Notes under the pieces: model-generated
What the model was told of the DNA's origin: nothing
What the model saw: the letters and a program-made list of their open reading frames with translations, nothing else
The model's database searches: none
Assembly: GCA_016719015.1 (NCBI GenBank)
Contig: JADKAZ010000006.1
Coordinates: forward strand, 101,835 to 165,834
Direction: 5' to 3'
Length of the DNA stretch: 64,000 nucleotides
DNA from: Chitinophagaceae bacterium
Lineage (GTDB): Bacteria > Bacteroidota > Bacteroidia > Chitinophagales > Chitinophagaceae
In this document: piece after piece, positions 30,719 through 42,720 of the stretch
Layout of the letters: the number at the start of each line of letters is the position of its first letter
How positions within the stretch are numbered: position 1 is the stretch's first letter
Translations under genes and position numbers: made by a program

Positions 30719-33573
30719 ATGAAACAAAGAGTATTACTTCTTGCTGCCTTTCTTATGGCTTTTTCGGTCATGGTAATAGGGCAGACAAAATTGGTGGAAA
30801 AAGTCACCAAAACGGGAAACGAATTAGTGATTCCGTATGAAAAATATGAATTAGCAAATGGCCTCACTCTTATTGTGCATGAAGACCACAGTGACCCGGT
30901 GGTACATGTGGATGTTACCTACCATGTGGGCTCAGCCCGTGAAGAAATCGGTAAATCCGGTTTTGCCCACTTCTTTGAACACATGATGTTCCAGGAAGTG
31001 ATAATGTGGCCGATGAGCAACATTTTAAAATTGTATCAGATGCAGGTGGCACATTGAACGGCACTACTAATCGTGACAGAACCAATTATTTTGAAACGGT
31101 GCCCAGTAATCAATTGGAAAAAATGCTTTGGCTTGAAGCAGACCGTATGGGCTTTTTGCTGGATGCAGTTACCCAAAAGAAATTTGAGATACAACGTTCT
31201 ACCGTAAAGAATGAAAGAGGACAGAATTATGATAATCGACCGTATGGATTAGCCGGCGAAACTGCTTCAAAAAATTTATACCCGTATGGCCATCCCTATT
31301 CGTGGCTAACGATTGGTTATGTAGAAGACCTGAACCGGGTAAATGTAGATGATCTGAAAAATTTCTTTTTACGTTGGTATGGACCTAACAATGCGACCGT
31401 ATCAGTTGGTGGTGATGTAAAACCTGCTGATGTAGTGAAGCTGGTGGAAAAATATTTTGGTGTTATCCCCCGTGGACCAGAAGTAAAACCGGTACAGGTA
31501 CCGCCAGTTGTTTTAGAAAGCGATCGTTATGCTTCCTATACAGACAACTATGCAAAACTCCCCTTATTAATGGTGTCATATCCAACTGTTCCCAACTATC
31601 ATAAGGATATGGGTGCATTGGCTTGTCTTGCCCAGGTGTTGGGACAGGGAAAAAACTCTATCCTGTATCAGCAATTAGTAAAAAAGCAACTGGCCTTACA
31701 GGCAAGTGTTTTCAGTCAACTGTCTGAGTTGAGTGGTGAAATGATGTTTCAAATAGTACCCTCACCGGGAAAATCACTGGCGATGCTTGATAGCCTGTTC
31801 CGCAATTCATTGGATTCATTCGAAGCAAAAGGTGTGACAGATGATGATATTGCTAAATTCAAAGGCGGTATCGAGGCTCAACAGATCAATGGCTTGCAAA
31901 GCGTTTCCGGAAAAATTTCACAGTTAGCATCTTTCCAGACATTTACCGGCAACCCCAATAAAATAGCTGACCTTATTAAAATGTACCAGGCTGTTACCAA
32001 AGAAGATGTGATGAGGGTGTACAATGAATATGTAAAAGGTAAACATGCTGTGTTCCTGAGTGTAGTACCAAAAGGCCAGGAAAAAATGATTGCTGCTGCC
32101 GATAATTATAAGATCGATTCAAGTAAGTATACGGCTCCCGACTATGGTTATGCAGGATTAAAGTATATAAAAGCAAAAGATAATTTTGACCGTCGTAAAA
32201 CTCCGGGTAATGGTGCCAATCCCATTGTGAAAGTGCCGAAGTTTTGGAGAAAAGACATGCCGAATGGTGTACGTATGATTGGTACGGAAAGCAATGAAAC
32301 GCCTACGGTAACCCTCACCATTACTGTTCCTGGTGGCCACATATTGCAGACGAATGATACAGCTAAAATCGGTCTTGCAAGCCTGTTCAGCAGTATGATG
32401 AATGAAGACACAAAAAATTACACAGCCGAGCAAATGGCAGTGGAGTTGCAAAAACTGGGCAGCAATGTATCTGTTGGCAGCAATTTCGATGGTATCACTT
32501 TCAATATCCAGACCTTAAAAAAGAACCTGGATAAAACACTGGCCCTCGTACAGGAAAGGATGTTCAACCCTAAATTCACAGAAGCTGCTTTTAGTCGTAT
32601 TCAGAAACAACGGTTACAAGGTTTTAAACAAACCAAAGCAGATCCTGCTGCTGTAGCCAATGAGGTATTTGCGAAAATAAATTACGGCCCTAACAATATC
32701 CTGAGCATGAGTGAGGATGGAACTGAATACACTATTGGGAATTTGAAATTGCAGGATATAGAGAATTATTATAACAACTATATGACTTCAAAAGGAGTTA
32801 AAGTAGTGATAGTGGGTGATGTAAAGCAGGAAGAAATATTACCAAAGCTGGCATTCCTGAATAAACTACCGAATAAGAAAATTGATCTTCCAAAAGTGAA
32901 GGGTACCGCTTCCAATGTAGACAAAACCAAAGTCTATATGGTCGATATTCCAAAAGCAGCACAATCACAATTCCGGGTAGGATATGCGACTGATTTAAAA
33001 TATGATGCTACGGGTGATTATTACAAATCAAGGTTGATGAACTATACACTCGGTGGTGATTTCAACAGCCGGTTAAATTTAAATCTCAGGGAAGATAAAG
33101 GCTGGACCTATGGTGCCCGCAGTTCTTTTACTGCTGATGAATATTCCAGTGATTTCGAATTCAGTTCCGGCATCCGGGCAGATGCCACTGACAGTGCTTT
33201 GGTAGAAGTGATGAAAGAACTGAAAAACTACCGGGAGAATGGCATCACCGAAGCTGAATTAAAATTCATGAAAAATTCCTTGGGCCAACGAGATGCCTTG
33301 TTATATGAAACAGGGATTCAGAAAGCCGGTTTCATCGGCCGCATTCTGGATTATAATTTACCTGCTAATTATGTGGATCAGCAAAATAAAATACTGGCCA
33401 ACCTGACCAAACAACAGATTGATGCAGTCGCTAAAAAAATGCTGAACCCTGATAAGATGAATATCTTACTGGTAGGTGATAAAGCAAAAATTCTGGAAGG
33501 AGTGAAAAAGTTAGGCTATGAAATAATTGAACTGGATGTGGATGGTAAGAAAATAGAAAAGAAAGGATTTTAA
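30719..33573 (+). CDS. M16 zinc protease (pitrilysin-like), one frameshift near 30994
   Basis: HFFEH (HxxEH), NGTTNRDRTNYFE, LREDKGWTYG; adding one G restores FQGSDNV. Confidence 0.9.
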
Positions 33574-33596
33574 AATTACTTATATCTCTATGTATA

Positions 33597-33622
33597 AACG
33601 CCACTCTTTGGAGTGGCGTTTG
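33597..33622 (+). terminator. Intrinsic terminator
   Basis: AAACGCCACTC-TTTG-GAGTGGCGTTT. Confidence 0.85.
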
Positions 33623-33861
33623 TCATTTTACCCGGTACAATTTTTTTATTGCAACTTAGAGGCCTCACCCAGAGAGAAATGAGAGAAGAACAGAAACATA
33701 GTTTCAATTAATTCTTTCTCTCTTTATCCTCTGTGCGAAATTTCTTTTGCTGAACTGTCGAAAAGGAAAATTGAATAAAGACACCACCTAAAAGGCAAAG
33801 CGGCCCTCCGGGGAGTGCCGCATTTGCATAACCAAAACCAACCACACTTAGTTAACTATTA

Positions 33862-36800
33862 TTAATCTTCTTTTACCACTACTGTTTTTAATTTTCCCAG
33901 CCATACTTTCTTTCCCTGTAATCGCCGAACCAGGAACATAATACCAACAAAGATGAAAAAGAAAGGTCCGGCAAAACCCAGTAACGCAATGAACTTGGTA
34001 CCATAAAATTGTTGCATCGGTCTCTTCAACCGCTCTGCTATCAGGTACATACTTGGTACCATCACCAGCGTCAGGAAGAAAGAGAATAATAAACCGAAAA
34101 TGATTGTCCAGCTTAACGGACCCCAGAACACCACACTGTCACCACCAAAGAAAACATTAGGACGCAGGTGCTGGAACAAACCAACAAAGTCAATATTAAA
34201 TCCTATTGCCAGCGGCAACAAACCTAATATGGTAGCCACCGCAGTAAGCAATACAGGAATAATCCTGATTTTACCAGCCTGAATTGCTGCTTCCCTGGTT
34301 CGCATTCCCCTGCCCCGGAGTTCATCCGTAAATTCAATAATAAGGATACCATTTTTAATTACGATACCAGCAAGACCCACGATGCCAACCAATAACATGA
34401 TAGTTGCAATCGTCATTCCTGTAAGGGCATATCCCAACAGTACGCCTATCACTGAAAAGAAAATCTCGGTGATAACAATAAAGGGTTTGCTCATGGAATT
34501 AAACTGCAACACAAGAATCAAAAAGATAAGACCAATGGCGATAATAAAAGCTGTTCCGAGAAAAGACTGGGTTGCCTTTTCCTGTTCACTTTGTCCGCTT
34601 AACTTAATAGTAACATCCGATGGTATTTGAACGGTCCCTTTAAATTCATCAATCTTCAATTGTAAATCAGCATTCACCTTGCCTACCATCGTAGGGTCAG
34701 GCACATTACTCTGCAACTGGATTGTCCGTTTTACATTTTTTCTCTTCACCCCTCCAGTGGTATTCGTATAATCAATACTGGCTACCGCACTTAAAGGAAT
34801 AGCTTTTACCTGCATGGTATTCATATCCATAAAAGTGATACGCATACTTAACAGGTCAGTAATATTATTCCTTAGCAGGTCGGTGTAGCGTAACTGTATC
34901 TTATACTCATCTTCACCATCCTTAATCTTACTTATCTCTTTACCAAAAACAGCTGTACGTAATTGCATTCCTATCTGCCCGGTACTCAATCCTTCAAACA
35001 TCGCTTTCTCCCTGTCTACATTGATGGTTATCTCAGGATTACTTAAATCAACATCTGCCTGAAGGTTTTCAATACCATTCACACGGTTGGTATCGAGAAA
35101 ATTCAAAAGCTGAGTGGCAACTGAAGCAATATTTTCAAAATTATCTCCCACTACTTCTATATTCACCGGCGGGTCGGTGGGCGGACCACCATCTTCCTGT
35201 GCCACTTCCACATTCGCACCCGGAATTCCCTGTACAGCTTCCCGAATCGCTTCTTTAAAAGGACCGGTTCTTTTACCATGACGTCTTTCAAATTCTACAA
35301 ATGAAACTTGTATCCGTCCCAGGTTTGATTGCACACTCCTGTTATTATCTCTCGGATTGTTTGCACTTACCGCCACATTTGTAATAATACTTTCGACAAT
35401 ACCACCCGGTACACCTGGTTTTTCTTTTTCTAAGACTTTCTCTACCCTTTTTTCTAACACATGGGTGATACTATCTGTATACTTTACATCTGTACCCACG
35501 GGCAATTTTAAATACACATATACAAAATTCGGATCACCTGATGGGAAGAATGTTGATTTATTACCCCGGAGCATTAATGCCAGTGCAGAGAAAGCAAACA
35601 AGCCAAATAAAGAAACAAATGCCCAGATAGGCCTTTTGCCCACTAATATCCAACGCAACAATTTTTCATACCGGTTCATCAGCTTTGGCAATACTTTTTT
35701 CTGAAACGAATGGATAGCATCATTGAGTACATATGCATTCAGTACCATCAGCAGGGCCATCAGCAATAGGAAATTAGCCATCCCGTGCATTCCTGGCAGA
35801 TGTAATAGCACACCAGCTAATGCAAAAACAATAAACCATTTATTTCTGAATATAGCCTGCTTTGGTTTCTCAAATTCTTTCCCTTCCGGCTTCATAAAGC
35901 TTACGGCAAATACCGGGTTGAATATGAATGCCACAATCAATGATGCAGCCAGTGTAAGTATCAATATTGTCGGCAGGTAAATCATAAACTTACCAATCAG
36001 CCCTTTCCAGAATAACAACGGGAAAAAGGGTGCTAAAGTGGTTGCAGTACCCGCTAATACCGGAATGAACACTTCCCCCGCAGCTTCTTTGGCACTCCGC
36101 ACAATGGGAACTTTTCCATTATTATAAATACGGTGTGTATTTTCAATTACCACAATGGCATCATCTACAATTATCCCTAATCCGAATAACAGCGCAAAGA
36201 GTACAATAAAATTGAGGGTAACACTTGTTCCTACAATACTATCCGCAATTGGTAAAAATAAAAAGGCGACAAATACACTTAACGGAACACTCAATGCAAC
36301 AAAGAAGGCATTGGTAACTCCCATAAAGAACATTAAAATAATTAATACCAGTATGAACCCAATGATAATTGTATTGATCAGTTCGTTGAAAGAAGTTTTT
36401 GTTTGTCTGCTCTGGTCGCCGGTAAATACTACTTTTAAATCTTTAGGAAGCTCTTCTTTATCCTGCATATCCGCTACAGCTGCCTTCACTTTATCTGCAC
36501 AATTAATCAGGTTTTCACCGGCTCTTTTTACAATATTCAGCGTAACAACATTCTTTCCATCCAACCTGGCATAGCTATCTTTTTCTTTGATGGTATCTTT
36601 TAATTCCGCTATATCTCTTAAATAAACTGCAGCACCCCTGGCACTACTCCGGACAATTATATTTTGTAAATCGGCCACACTTGAAAACTGTCCTTTGACT
36701 TTAAGTGTCCGTTTCATATTACCAACTTCGATCAGGCCTCCCGTTATATCATTATTTTCACGGCTGATGGCATTTTCAATATCCATAAAGCTTACCCGTG

Positions 36801-37428
36801 CTGTATTCATTTTATAAGGATCAACATTTACCTGTATTTCCCGTTCGGGTGCACCAACAATTTCGGCCCGGGTAATTTCGCTGAGTTCCTCAAAACGATC
36901 CTGCATTTTATCGGCATACTGTTTCAGTTTGATACCATCATAATCGCCACTAATATTCACAAACATGATCGGCATTTCACTGAATGCAAATTCCTGTGCA
37001 TCCGGTTCAGATGTCAGGTCGGTTGGTAAATCGGATTTAGCCTTATCAATCGCATCTTTTACTTTCTGTTTGGCCAGATCTGTTTTTACATCCGTATCAA
37101 ATTCCACTATAATCAGGCTGTAATCGGCCTGCGAAGTACTTTGAATCTTGTTTACTTTGGCACCACTGATCCCTTTCAATTGTTTTTCTATCGGCCTTGT
37201 CACCAGATTTTCAATATCCTTGGGTGAGTTACCTACATATACAGTAGCTATTGAAATAGTAGGCACTACAATATCCGGAAACTGCTCTTTCGGCATACTG
37301 TTGAACTTGACCAAACCGTATGCAGAAATAAGAATAGCGATAATATAAATAGCAGTTCTGTTATCGATGGCCCAACTGGTTGGCTTAAACTCTTTGAACT
37401 TGTCTTTAATACCTTCAAAAATTTTCAT
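33862..37428 (-). CDS. RND efflux permease (AcrB/D/F family)
   Basis: GIIVDDAIVVIEN, KNGILIIEF, RIIPVLLT. Confidence 0.95.
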   Translation of the reverse strand: MKIFEGIKDKFKEFKPTSWAIDNRTAIYIIAILISAYGLVKFNSMPKEQFPDIVVPTISIATVYVGNSPKDIENLVTRPIEKQLKGISGAKVNKIQSTSQADYSLIIVEFDTDVKTDLAKQKVKDAIDKAKSDLPTDLTSEPDAQEFAFSEMPIMFVNISGDYDGIKLKQYADKMQDRFEELSEITRAEIVGAPEREIQVNVDPYKMNTARVSFMDIENAISRENNDITGGLIEVGNMKRTLKVKGQFSSVADLQNIIVRSSARGAAVYLRDIAELKDTIKEKDSYARLDGKNVVTLNIVKRAGENLINCADKVKAAVADMQDKEELPKDLKVVFTGDQSRQTKTSFNELINTIIIGFILVLIILMFFMGVTNAFFVALSVPLSVFVAFLFLPIADSIVGTSVTLNFIVLFALLFGLGIIVDDAIVVIENTHRIYNNGKVPIVRSAKEAAGEVFIPVLAGTATTLAPFFPLLFWKGLIGKFMIYLPTILILTLAASLIVAFIFNPVFAVSFMKPEGKEFEKPKQAIFRNKWFIVFALAGVLLHLPGMHGMANFLLLMALLMVLNAYVLNDAIHSFQKKVLPKLMNRYEKLLRWILVGKRPIWAFVSLFGLFAFSALALMLRGNKSTFFPSGDPNFVYVYLKLPVGTDVKYTDSITHVLEKRVEKVLEKEKPGVPGGIVESIITNVAVSANNPRDNNRSVQSNLGRIQVSFVEFERRHGKRTGPFKEAIREAVQGIPGANVEVAQEDGGPPTDPPVNIEVVGDNFENIASVATQLLNFLDTNRVNGIENLQADVDLSNPEITINVDREKAMFEGLSTGQIGMQLRTAVFGKEISKIKDGEDEYKIQLRYTDLLRNNITDLLSMRITFMDMNTMQVKAIPLSAVASIDYTNTTGGVKRKNVKRTIQLQSNVPDPTMVGKVNADLQLKIDEFKGTVQIPSDVTIKLSGQSEQEKATQSFLGTAFIIAIGLIFLILVLQFNSMSKPFIVITEIFFSVIGVLLGYALTGMTIATIMLLVGIVGLAGIVIKNGILIIEFTDELRGRGMRTREAAIQAGKIRIIPVLLTAVATILGLLPLAIGFNIDFVGLFQHLRPNVFFGGDSVVFWGPLSWTIIFGLLFSFFLTLVMVPSMYLIAERLKRPMQQFYGTKFIALLGFAGPFFFIFVGIMFLVRRLQGKKVWLGKLKTVVVKED

Positions 37429-37550
37429 CTGAAATATTTTAAAACATCAATTTGATTTTGGTTTACCGGTGATAATAATATTGCCCGCTATTATTGCCAC
37501 ATTACATTTCCCGCACCTCTGTATAGCTTTAAATTAACCGGCAACATAAT

Positions 37551-38786
37551 TTATTTGCCAGTTGCTACCGACTGACCATCATACACTGTCTGATAACCTT
37601 CAGTTATAATCAAATCACCACCAGTTAACCCGGTTTTAATTTCAATAATCCCATTGTAGGCTTCTCCCACGGTTACAATCTTTTTCCTTGCTACCAATTT
37701 ATCACCTGTCCTTTCCACTACATATACGTACTTGCCTTTCTCATCACTTTGCACCACATTAACCGGAACAGCTACGGCTGCCTTTGCTTCATAATCAAGA
37801 ATCTTTAATGTGGCTGTCTGATTGGGTTTTAGCGTAGGGTCTGAAGGAAGTTTTGCCTCAGTAGTAAAAGACCTTGTGGTGGGATCAATAGAACCCCCAA
37901 CTACACTAATCACCGACTGAAAAGGAGGTTTATTACTTTCAGGAACGACTACTTCTACTTTATCACCTTTTTTCACTCTTGTCACATAGTTTTCCGGCAC
38001 ATTGGTCACAATTTTCAAATTGCTGTTATTGACAATTCTGATACCGGCACCCGGCATAGCCGCACTTTGCGGAGAAAAGAACTCTCCCACTTTTACGTTC
38101 ATTTCTTCAATCGTTCCGCTGATACCCGCATATACATTCGACATGTTTGCCTGCTCCTGTGCCATTGCCACCTGGGCCTGCGCTGCTCTCAATTGGCTTT
38201 GCAGGGCATCCACATCTGCTTTTGCATTGATCACCTGTATTTCCGCACCAATATTTTGCTTCCATAAATTCTGGTATCGCTCATATACTGTTTGTGCCTG
38301 GGCCAGCCTAGCTTTAAGAACTCCAGTCTGTTGTTGTGCAGCCACTACAGATTGTCTTGCCATTGCATCATCCAGTTTTAAAATAAGCTGACCCTTACCT
38401 ACTTTCTGTCCTGCTTTTACATACACAGCTTTTATTAAACCACCCTGCCCTGTTGGTGCTACATATGCCATCCCTTCTGCATCAATCTTACCCTGGAGTT
38501 CGATAAAATGCGTAAAGTCCTGTATCCGAAGCGTATCAATGCTAACAAGCTTTCTTGCCTGTTGCGCTGCTTTTGGATCAGCTTTGGAAATCTGATCTTC
38601 CAGTTTGCGGATGTCAGCATCGATTTCATTTTTTTCCTTCTTCAGTTTTTCCAGTTTTACTTTCATATCGCCGATGTCGCCTTTCTTATCTTTTGCCCCG
38701 GCGCCACAGGCTACCAATGTAACAGCAATGATTGCTGCGATTGAAATTTTTAAAATGTTATTCATATAATTCAGTTTATTAAACAT
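37551..38786 (-). CDS. RND periplasmic adaptor (MFP) lipoprotein
   Basis: Lipobox VAC, VKAGQKVGKGQ lipoyl half-motif, coiled coil, IDPTTRS. Confidence 0.9.
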   Translation of the reverse strand: MFNKLNYMNNILKISIAAIIAVTLVACGAGAKDKKGDIGDMKVKLEKLKKEKNEIDADIRKLEDQISKADPKAAQQARKLVSIDTLRIQDFTHFIELQGKIDAEGMAYVAPTGQGGLIKAVYVKAGQKVGKGQLILKLDDAMARQSVVAAQQQTGVLKARLAQAQTVYERYQNLWKQNIGAEIQVINAKADVDALQSQLRAAQAQVAMAQEQANMSNVYAGISGTIEEMNVKVGEFFSPQSAAMPGAGIRIVNNSNLKIVTNVPENYVTRVKKGDKVEVVVPESNKPPFQSVISVVGGSIDPTTRSFTTEAKLPSDPTLKPNQTATLKILDYEAKAAVAVPVNVVQSDEKGKYVYVVERTGDKLVARKKIVTVGEAYNGIIEIKTGLTGGDLIITEGYQTVYDGQSVATGK

Positions 38787-38799
38787 GGTTGGTTTTTGA

Positions 38800-40237
38800 T
38801 TATTTTAATTTTCCCGTGGCTTTCATAAAATCTACTTTTGCAATGATTGCATCATAGAGTGCCGTGATATAATTTGTTTGTGCCGCTTTCATGTCCGTTT
38901 GTGCTGTATTAATTTCCATCTGTGAGCCTGTTCCCATTTCATATTTCTTTTTGGTTTGCTGATACACTTTTTCTGCCAGCTCCATATTTTTTTTCTGAAA
39001 ATCCATTGTGGCAATTGCGGAACGGAAATTATTTTTGGCTATCGCCACTTCGTTATCGATTGAAAGTTTCAGCGCCTCAATCTGGTTTTCAGACTTTTCC
39101 AACTCCAGCCTTGCCTGCTGTATTTTTGCTTTGGTAGAAAAACCATTGAAAATCGGAACAGCAATATTCAGGCTTACATTAGAGATAGTAAACCAATCGC
39201 CTTTCCCGAAAAAAGTTCCACTTGTTTCGTTGTGCATTTTTAGCATACTGCCCGGTAAGTGATACAGTAGGCAACTGGCTCAGCTGGTACCGGCGAACGT
39301 TGTAGGCGAAAAGTTCTTTACCAATTTGTGCATATTGATATTCTTTCCTGTCTTCATAATTGTAATTGCTGGTTTCCAGAATGCCCTCTTTGATTTGATC
39401 ATCTGTCAATTTATCTGTCAACACCAGCTCATCCTTCATGGGCATTCCCATTAACATTTTAAGCCCATAATAACCGTTGGAGATAGTATTCAGTACTTTA
39501 CTTTTTTCTGTCTGCAGATTAGTAAGTTGTACACTTACTTTGTCCACATCTAATCTTTCAGCAAACCCATTCTCGTAAATGATACGGGTATCCTTCATCA
39601 ACTTTTCCAAAAGTAAAATATTGGCATCCAGCAATTCAACCTGCGTTTTGCTAACGACTAGCTGATAATAAATTTTGTAAATATTAGCCTTGATCATTTC
39701 TTCGGTTACTTCAGCATTCTTTCGCTGAAAACGCATCGTAGCATCTCTTGCCTGCAATCCTATAAATACCTGGCCATCAAATAAGAGTTGGGAAAGACTA
39801 ATTCCTGCTGATGCACTGAATTTTGTACCAAATTGGGCAGCAATAAACCCAAAATCAGATGGCATAACAATAGTATTCCCGTTTCCATCTTTTACACCTT
39901 CATCAATCAGCACCTGGTAAGTGGAGGGAGAAATAAAATTCGGCAACACCTGTGTGGCCACATTGGGATTGTATGTCGTACCCAGGTTGGCATTGATATG
40001 CGGATAAGCATTGGAGGTTACTTCCCTATTTACTTGTTCCTGCTTTTTAACTTCTATTAGTGCATTCTTTACATTCACATTATTCTTGAATGCATAATCC
40101 ACTGCCTGCTGAATAGAAAATTCATGCCGGATGATTTTTGCAGTATCACCGTTAGCACGGGACAAGTCCTGCGCCAAAAGAACAGTTGGGAATATGGCTA
40201 GCCCTAAAAGCCATTTTTTACTTCTTACTATCTTCAT
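38800..40237 (-). CDS. TolC-family outer-membrane channel, one frameshift near 39212
   Basis: Two TolC repeats; removing one base from a 6-base run restores WNFFGKGDW. Confidence 0.9.
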
Positions 40238-40856
40238 ACGAAAGGTGTTTTTTATGTTGTTCATTATATTTCTGAATCAATTTATGCCCTTTGATGGTAG
40301 CAAGGCCATAAGTAAAATTTTCTATCATTATTCCCGCAGTGATTCCAAGATTATATTTACCCGGGGGGAAAACGGAGACATTAAATGGAATCATGATAGA
40401 TTCAATCCTGTACTTTGATAACACATCTACATTTAAATCCGGGCGGTATAGTTCATCTTTAATACCCCATTCAATATTGTTACGGATAATCTGAAGCAGG
40501 AATTTATCCTTGTACTCCCGGAATCGTTGGTAGGCTTTAAAATGAAATTTCTCCAGATCGTATACCAACATAGGATTCATATTGCTGAATTCCTGCATGA
40601 TATGTTCCATCGTAAGAAAAATCTCATGTATAGCATCTTTTGCCTGAATCTTGCAGTTTATACAATCTCCCTGTACGATTGTAATATGCCCGTCCACCAC
40701 TGCCTCTACCAGTTCATCCTTATCCGCAAAGTATTGATAGAGAGTTTTTTTAGACATCCCAAGGTTGTTGGCTATGTCATCCATAGAAACTGACCGGATG
40801 CCAAATTTCATAAACAACTCCTCTGCCTTTATTAATATGCGTTCTTTAGGTTCCAT
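40218..40856 (-). CDS. TetR/AcrR-family regulator
   Basis: FGIRSVSMDDIA...SKKTLYQYF.DKDEL. Confidence 0.92.
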   Translation of the reverse strand: MEPKERILIKAEELFMKFGIRSVSMDDIANNLGMSKKTLYQYFADKDELVEAVVDGHITIVQGDCINCKIQAKDAIHEIFLTMEHIMQEFSNMNPMLVYDLEKFHFKAYQRFREYKDKFLLQIIRNNIEWGIKDELYRPDLNVDVLSKYRIESIMIPFNVSVFPPGKYNLGITAGIMIENFTYGLATIKGHKLIQKYNEQHKKHLSYEDSKK

Positions 40857-40873
40857 TTAATTGAATTGGAGGG

Positions 40874-40910
40874 CAAAACTAAGGAAACTTTTTTCGTAAC
40901 CAAAGTTTCC
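40874..40910 (-). promoter_or_regulatory. Promoter -7 element and putative TetR operator
   Basis: TAGTTTTG on the minus strand (40874-40881) and GGAAACTTT-N10-AAAGTTTCC (40883-40910). Confidence 0.65.
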
Positions 40911-40994
40911 AGCCTTTATTTTTTGACCGTTCGTCCATATTTTGCACGGTTCTGGACCTGATATTTAGTTTATCTTAGTCTGTAAATCAACCAA

Positions 40995-41678
40995 ATGGAT
41001 ACCACTGCCCAACCGCCAGCAAAAAGCATTGTTAAGAAAATATTACGCTTTTTTATGCAGGGCCTGCTTATCCTTGCCCCTATAGCCATTACCGTATGGG
41101 CCATTATTGCCGCTTTCAACTTTGTAGATGACCTTCTTCCTAATCTTATTAATAAATTATTTCCCTCCTGGATAAAAGAAGATGCGAATGGAAATGTAAA
41201 AAAAATACCCGGGCTTGGTTTTGTGGTAGTAATCGCCTTTGTAATTTTTGTCGGTTGGATAAGCTCCAATTTCCTGATGGGCAGCTTTATTAATTTTTTT
41301 GATCAATGGATGGCAAGAACGCCGGTTATAAAATTTTTATATACATCCACCAAAGATTTCTTTGAAGCCTTTGCCGGCGATAAGCGTAAATTTAATAAGG
41401 CAGTATTGGCCAATGTTTTTTCTGAAGATGTGTGGATAGTAGGCTTTTTGACGGATGAAGAAATGAGTAAATTTGAGTTAGGCAGCGAACATGTGGCGGT
41501 GTATGTACCGCAAGCCTACAATTTTGCGGGCCAGCTATATGTATTGCCAAGAGATAAAGTAAAAAAGATTGATAAAATATCTTCTGGTGAAGCTATGAAA
41601 TATGCTGTAACAGGTGGTGTGGTGGATTTAGAGGCCGAAAAAATTGAAGAAAGTTCCGGACCCATTATAAAAAAGTAA
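40995..41678 (+). CDS. DUF502-family membrane protein
   Basis: GLLILAPIAIT, IPGLG, PVIKFLY, VYVP. Confidence 0.85.
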   Translation: MDTTAQPPAKSIVKKILRFFMQGLLILAPIAITVWAIIAAFNFVDDLLPNLINKLFPSWIKEDANGNVKKIPGLGFVVVIAFVIFVGWISSNFLMGSFINFFDQWMARTPVIKFLYTSTKDFFEAFAGDKRKFNKAVLANVFSEDVWIVGFLTDEEMSKFELGSEHVAVYVPQAYNFAGQLYVLPRDKVKKIDKISSGEAMKYAVTGGVVDLEAEKIEESSGPIIKK

Positions 41679-42643
41679 TGCGAAAATATTTTTATACTTT
41701 TTTCTTTTTACTGTTTGCTAAAGATTCTTTTTGCTGGGGTTTTTATGCCCACAGGAAAATTAATTATTTCGCCGTTTTCCTATTGCCACCGGAAATGATG
41801 GTGCTCTATAAACCACAAATAGATTTCCTGAGTGAGCATGCAGTAGATCCTGATAAAAGAAGATATGCCATACCGGAAGAAGGACCAAGGCATTATATAG
41901 ATATTGATCATTATGGTAGCTACCCTTATGATGCGCTGCCACGAAAATGGAACGATGCGGTGGCAAAATACTCAGAAGATACCCTCAACGCTTATGGCAT
42001 TGTGCCCTGGTGGTTACAAACCATGCTTTATAAACTTACGGATGCATTTAAAGAAAAAAACCAGGCAAAGATTTTAAAATATTCGGCAGAAATAGGTCAT
42101 TATATTGCCGACTCTCATGTGCCCCTGCATGCTACAAAAAACCATAATGGCCAACTTACCGACCAGAAAGGTATTCATGGATTTTGGGAAAGTCGTATCC
42201 CGGAATTGCTGGCAGAAAAAGAATGGGACTTCTTTATTGGAAAAGCTGAATATATTAAAACACCATCCGATTTTATCTGGAAAAGAGTGTTAGAAAGTGG
42301 TGCGGCAGCAGACACTGTGTTGAAATACGAACTTGAACTGACCCAACAATTTCCCGGTGACCAGAAATATTCCTTTGAAGACCGCAATGGCATTACTATC
42401 CGCCAATATTCATCTGCATTTTCCAAAGCGTATGATGGAAAATTGAAAGGGATGATTGAACGGAGAATGCGTCAATCTGTTTATGCAGTAGCAAGTTTTT
42501 GGTACACGGCATGGGTGAATGCCGGCCAGCCGGATTTAAAAAAACTAAGCAACAAAGAATTTTCTGCTGAAGACCTGAAAGAATTTGAAAGCCTGAATAA
42601 TTCCTGGAAAAATGCTCCTGTTAAGGGTAGGGAACATGAGTAA
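41678..42643 (+). CDS. Zinc-dependent phospholipase C / S1-P1 nuclease-family protein
   Basis: WGFYAH after the signal peptide, HYIDID, HYIADSHVPLH, HGFWES. Confidence 0.85.
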   Translation: MRKYFYTFFFLLFAKDSFCWGFYAHRKINYFAVFLLPPEMMVLYKPQIDFLSEHAVDPDKRRYAIPEEGPRHYIDIDHYGSYPYDALPRKWNDAVAKYSEDTLNAYGIVPWWLQTMLYKLTDAFKEKNQAKILKYSAEIGHYIADSHVPLHATKNHNGQLTDQKGIHGFWESRIPELLAEKEWDFFIGKAEYIKTPSDFIWKRVLESGAAADTVLKYELELTQQFPGDQKYSFEDRNGITIRQYSSAFSKAYDGKLKGMIERRMRQSVYAVASFWYTAWVNAGQPDLKKLSNKEFSAEDLKEFESLNNSWKNAPVKGREHE

Positions 42644-42674
42644 ACCCTTACAGGACCTTAGCATACTTATTTCT

Positions 42675-42682
42675 TACATTTG
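42675..42682 (+). promoter_or_regulatory. Bacteroidota -7 promoter element
   Basis: TACATTTG upstream of serC. Confidence 0.6.
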
Positions 42683-42720
42683 CAATCCAACTTATTTACA
42701 TTATTAAACTATTTGACGTA

